Source: Pristiophorus japonicus
Taxonomy: Eukaryota
Reading direction: 5' to 3'
DNA: 64,000 bases
Assembly (NCBI RefSeq): GCF_044704955.1
Contig: NC_091995.1
Location: forward strand, 15,996,001 to 16,060,000
Part shown: positions 61,601 to 64,000 of the stretch, piece by piece
How positions within the stretch are numbered: the stretch's first letter is position 1
Layout of the letters: each line of letters begins with the position of its first letter
Translations under genes and position numbers: made by a program
Notes under the pieces: generated by a model
The model's input: the letters and a program-made list of their open reading frames with translations, nothing else
Database searches by the model: none
What the model was told of the DNA's origin: nothing

Positions 61601-62275
61601 TAGCCTTATGGCCCCTGCACCCAAGAACAAAGGATGAAAGACTTGCCTATATCTAGCATCTTTCACGACCAGCAGATGTCTCAAAGCGCTTTACAGCCAA
61701 TTAGTTACTTTTGGAGTATAGTCTCTATTGTCATGTTGGAAACACGGCAGCCAACTTGCGCACAGCAAGCTCGCACAAACAACAATGTGACAATCACCAG
61801 ATAATCTGTTTTTATGTTGATTGAGGGATAAATATTGGCCCCAGGACACCGGGGATAACTCCCCTGCTCTTCTTGAAATGATGTCATGGGACATTTGATA
61901 TCCAGCTGAGAGGGCAGACATAGTCTCGGTTTAACGTCTCATCCAAAAGACGAAAAGAGAATAAAAGCCCAGGCGCTCCTATTAGTTAGACACTCTGGCG
62001 ACCTTCATGTCATGTCTCCCATATGGATAATAGCCTGCTGAATATGATACCAAACAAATCCTTGCAGGCTGAGGAACATTATCCCTACATCATTCATACA
62101 TTCAGAAGATGGAAATATTTGATCAGATATACGTGAAGATAACTAAAATACAAACCTTTATTTCCCCATATCAGTCGAAATGTCAGAAATATGATTAAGA
62201 CAGCTATCAAGGCCAGTGCGACCAGCAAAACCGGTGTTATATCGGTCTTCGCATTCTTTGGTACCTTTGTGCGGC
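58396..62275 (-). CDS. Gene B (partial, spliced): inhibitory ITIM/ITSM-type immunoreceptor, TM and cytoplasmic exons; join(62156-62275,60526-60554,58396-58611). Ectodomain probably beyond the window end
   Basis: Phase-compatible exons give xRTKVPKNAKTDITPVLLVALALIAVLIIFLTFRLIWGNK-DSGDVLATTQ-GFPHHTVAREEPQYYAQLNIQQGRKKDRVNRNVDHVEYASINSLSTPVFSKPRRPEVTYANSRDLRGKDKI*. Confidence 0.8.
59570..60375. mobile_element. Two tail-to-tail CR1 3' fragments (plus 59570-59795, minus 59855-60375)
   Basis: CR1 UTR tails; ORF GGSVTRGHRFNVIGK...NALPERAVEADS. Confidence 0.75.
60526..60554 (-). CDS. Gene B 29-nt cytoplasmic micro-exon (DSGDVLATTQ)
   Basis: Acceptor gttctcattaccacag, donor CAG|gtaaga; phase 1-0 links the TM exon to the tyrosine-motif frame of the last exon. 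Confidence 0.78.
60885..61340 (+). mobile_element. Full-length tRNA-derived SacSINE1/DeuSINE-like SINE
   Basis: tRNA-like head (gtggctcagtgg...ctctcgc...gagtcagaaggttgtggg), conserved central domain and gctatataaat tail. Confidence 0.82.
61636..61952 (-). mobile_element. SacSINE1/DeuSINE-like SINE, inverted relative to 60885-61340
   Basis: Reverse complement of ~61025-61335. Confidence 0.82.
62156..62275 (-). CDS. Gene B transmembrane exon
   Basis: Acceptor tcagtctgtttatttcag, donor AAG|gtttgt, phase 1-1; uncharged hydrophobic stretch VLLVALALIAVLIIFLTF; ends AATAAAG| (NK) exactly as the gene A TM exon does. Confidence 0.82.
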
Positions 62276-63884
62276 CTGAAATAAACAGACTGAAGTCAGA
62301 GTATTTTCATTGATATCGAAACGTAAGATAAATTATCAAAAGGAAACAGTTTCTATACTGAGTAAAAATGTTCACTTCTCAGTGGAACCAGAAGGTTTTG
62401 TACACCTGCCAGACCTGTGTCATACCGGCAAAACCTCACCCTCACCGCCGTCCTTCCAGACGCTGATTTGCCCTCTGCATCAACGGCGCCACCTCCTTCA
62501 AAGGTAATGGGGGAGGCAGCTAAGACCATTGTTCAAGTACAGACTTTCAAAGTCTCAGCAGAAAGAAGAAGCTGCTCCTCAAATTAGCATCGGCCTAAAT
62601 TGGAACACCACTAAAAGATACTGAATTCAAAGTGGGTAGGAGACCGGGACTGTAAGTTGAGCGACGTGGAGCTCAAGATCATATTTTCAGAAAGAATGAA
62701 GATGTCTCAGAAAGCAGTCACCCAATCTGCATGTTGGTCTCTGCAGTGCAGAAGGGACCACACCGTATATAGTAAATACTGGGCTAGTTTTCTCTGCTCC
62801 TAAGCCTGGGGCTATCAGATCACCTGGGAACAATCAATCGAGGGGAGAGCATCCCACAAAACATCCCGGAGGAATTTACATCCATTGGCGTATGACCTGG
62901 TAATCTCCCTTGCCGGCATGCACTCTTCCCCATCGGATTTTCTATACTCACCAGGAGTCATATCAACCTCGATTGAGATAGTAAAATGGGCGATATCGAA
63001 ATTTGCGCAAAATATTAATAGGCTGTGTCTGATCTTCCTTTCCATTGACTGTAATTGAAAGGAGAATCACGTGTTGTGTGTCGTGGGCGGCTGGTTCGAT
63101 ATCGCCCATTTTACAATCTCGCCCAAAGTTCAAAGTAGCTAAGAATATCCAACTCACCCTGTTGCACCAACAGAAATGTCGACCCTACAGTACTGTAGAT
63201 CGGGCGAGGTAATGCCATGGTTGTCCAACAGTGTTTGCGTATCTGGGCAATGAGTAAGCAGCTGTTACATCTACTGCTGCACGAAGTTAGTTAGGAGGAA
63301 CCTTTTTGCAGAACTTAAAAGTAGAAGGAAGGAATTCTTGGTGTTGGGATCATGTTGTAGGTGCAAGAAATGTCATGGGCTAATCTTGTCAATGCGGAGG
63401 TTGATGGTATGGAAGGTCACTCAAGTAGTGAAAGGAGGAATCAGGGATGATAGCAGAACAATGAAAAAGAGGGTCGGCGTTAAGCCTCTCGGTAAGAACT
63501 GAGACAACAGAAAAATATTAGTCCAGAGTGGGGTGGATGAGAATTCGAAAGGGGATTGTAGAAACATAAACAGCAAATGTCTTTGTGATAGTTTAGTTTA
63601 GGACGAAGAGATCAAGAGCAGGCAAAACCGCAGAGAAAGATGTATAGGAGAATGGAGAAAAAAGATCATCCTGTTCAAAAGTAAGACAGCAGCAAAGATA
63701 TCTCAGCATGAAGTCCAGCTTGGAATTCACTGAAGTGGATCAGGGTCAGAAAGGGTAACGTCAAAGGGAAGGGTCAAAACCTGGGAGCAGATGTCTTACT
63801 AAAGTGAAATTAAAAGGAAAGATCTGCTTGAAGAAAGTGAAGGGGAAGTGAGATGAGGGTGTGTGCCAATACCGAGAGCTGCAT

Positions 63885-64000
63885 CGATTTCTTGTATTTC
63901 CCACCAGGCAACAGAGAGGGTTGATGAGGGCAATACAGTTGATGTAGTGCATTTGGACTTCTAAAGGGCGTTTGATAAAGTGCTACATTATAGGCTTTCT
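63885..64000 (+). mobile_element. CR1 RT fragment, truncated by the window end
   Basis: RVDEGNTVDVVHLDF*RAFDKVLHYRL. Confidence 0.8.

Noticed and set aside
63158-63242. Reading DLQYCRVDISVGATG or HCWTTMALPRP as the end of the gene B Ig domain
   Set aside because: The frames are open for too short a distance upstream and no B-strand Cys or C-strand Trp is found.

Overview
Repeat-rich eukaryotic genomic DNA, most likely from a cartilaginous fish (shark-type CR1 LINEs with (TTCTATGT)n tails, SacSINE1/DeuSINE-like SINEs, RTE and Penelope elements). Almost all ORFs in the track are retroelement debris or noise. Reading splice sites by hand reveals a cluster of NKp30(NCR3)/CD28-family-like immunoreceptor genes. 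Gene A (minus strand, 45891->19050, 7 phase-compatible coding exons, 233 aa) encodes a leader, a single germline-joined V-J-type Ig domain, a Cys-containing stalk, an uncharged TM and a tail with Tyr and Pro-rich motifs. Gene B (minus strand, exons at 62156-62275, 60526-60554 and 58396-58611) is the TM and cytoplasmic part of an ITIM/ITSM-type receptor that the ORF track misses; its last exon carries tyrosine motifs in two reading frames. A degenerate NKp30-like V exon lies on the plus strand at about 17473-17775. Some unexplained splice-bounded segments lie at the left end. Exon models are manual and need RNA-seq confirmation, repeat boundaries are approximate, and comparisons with human proteins are from memory, not from a search.
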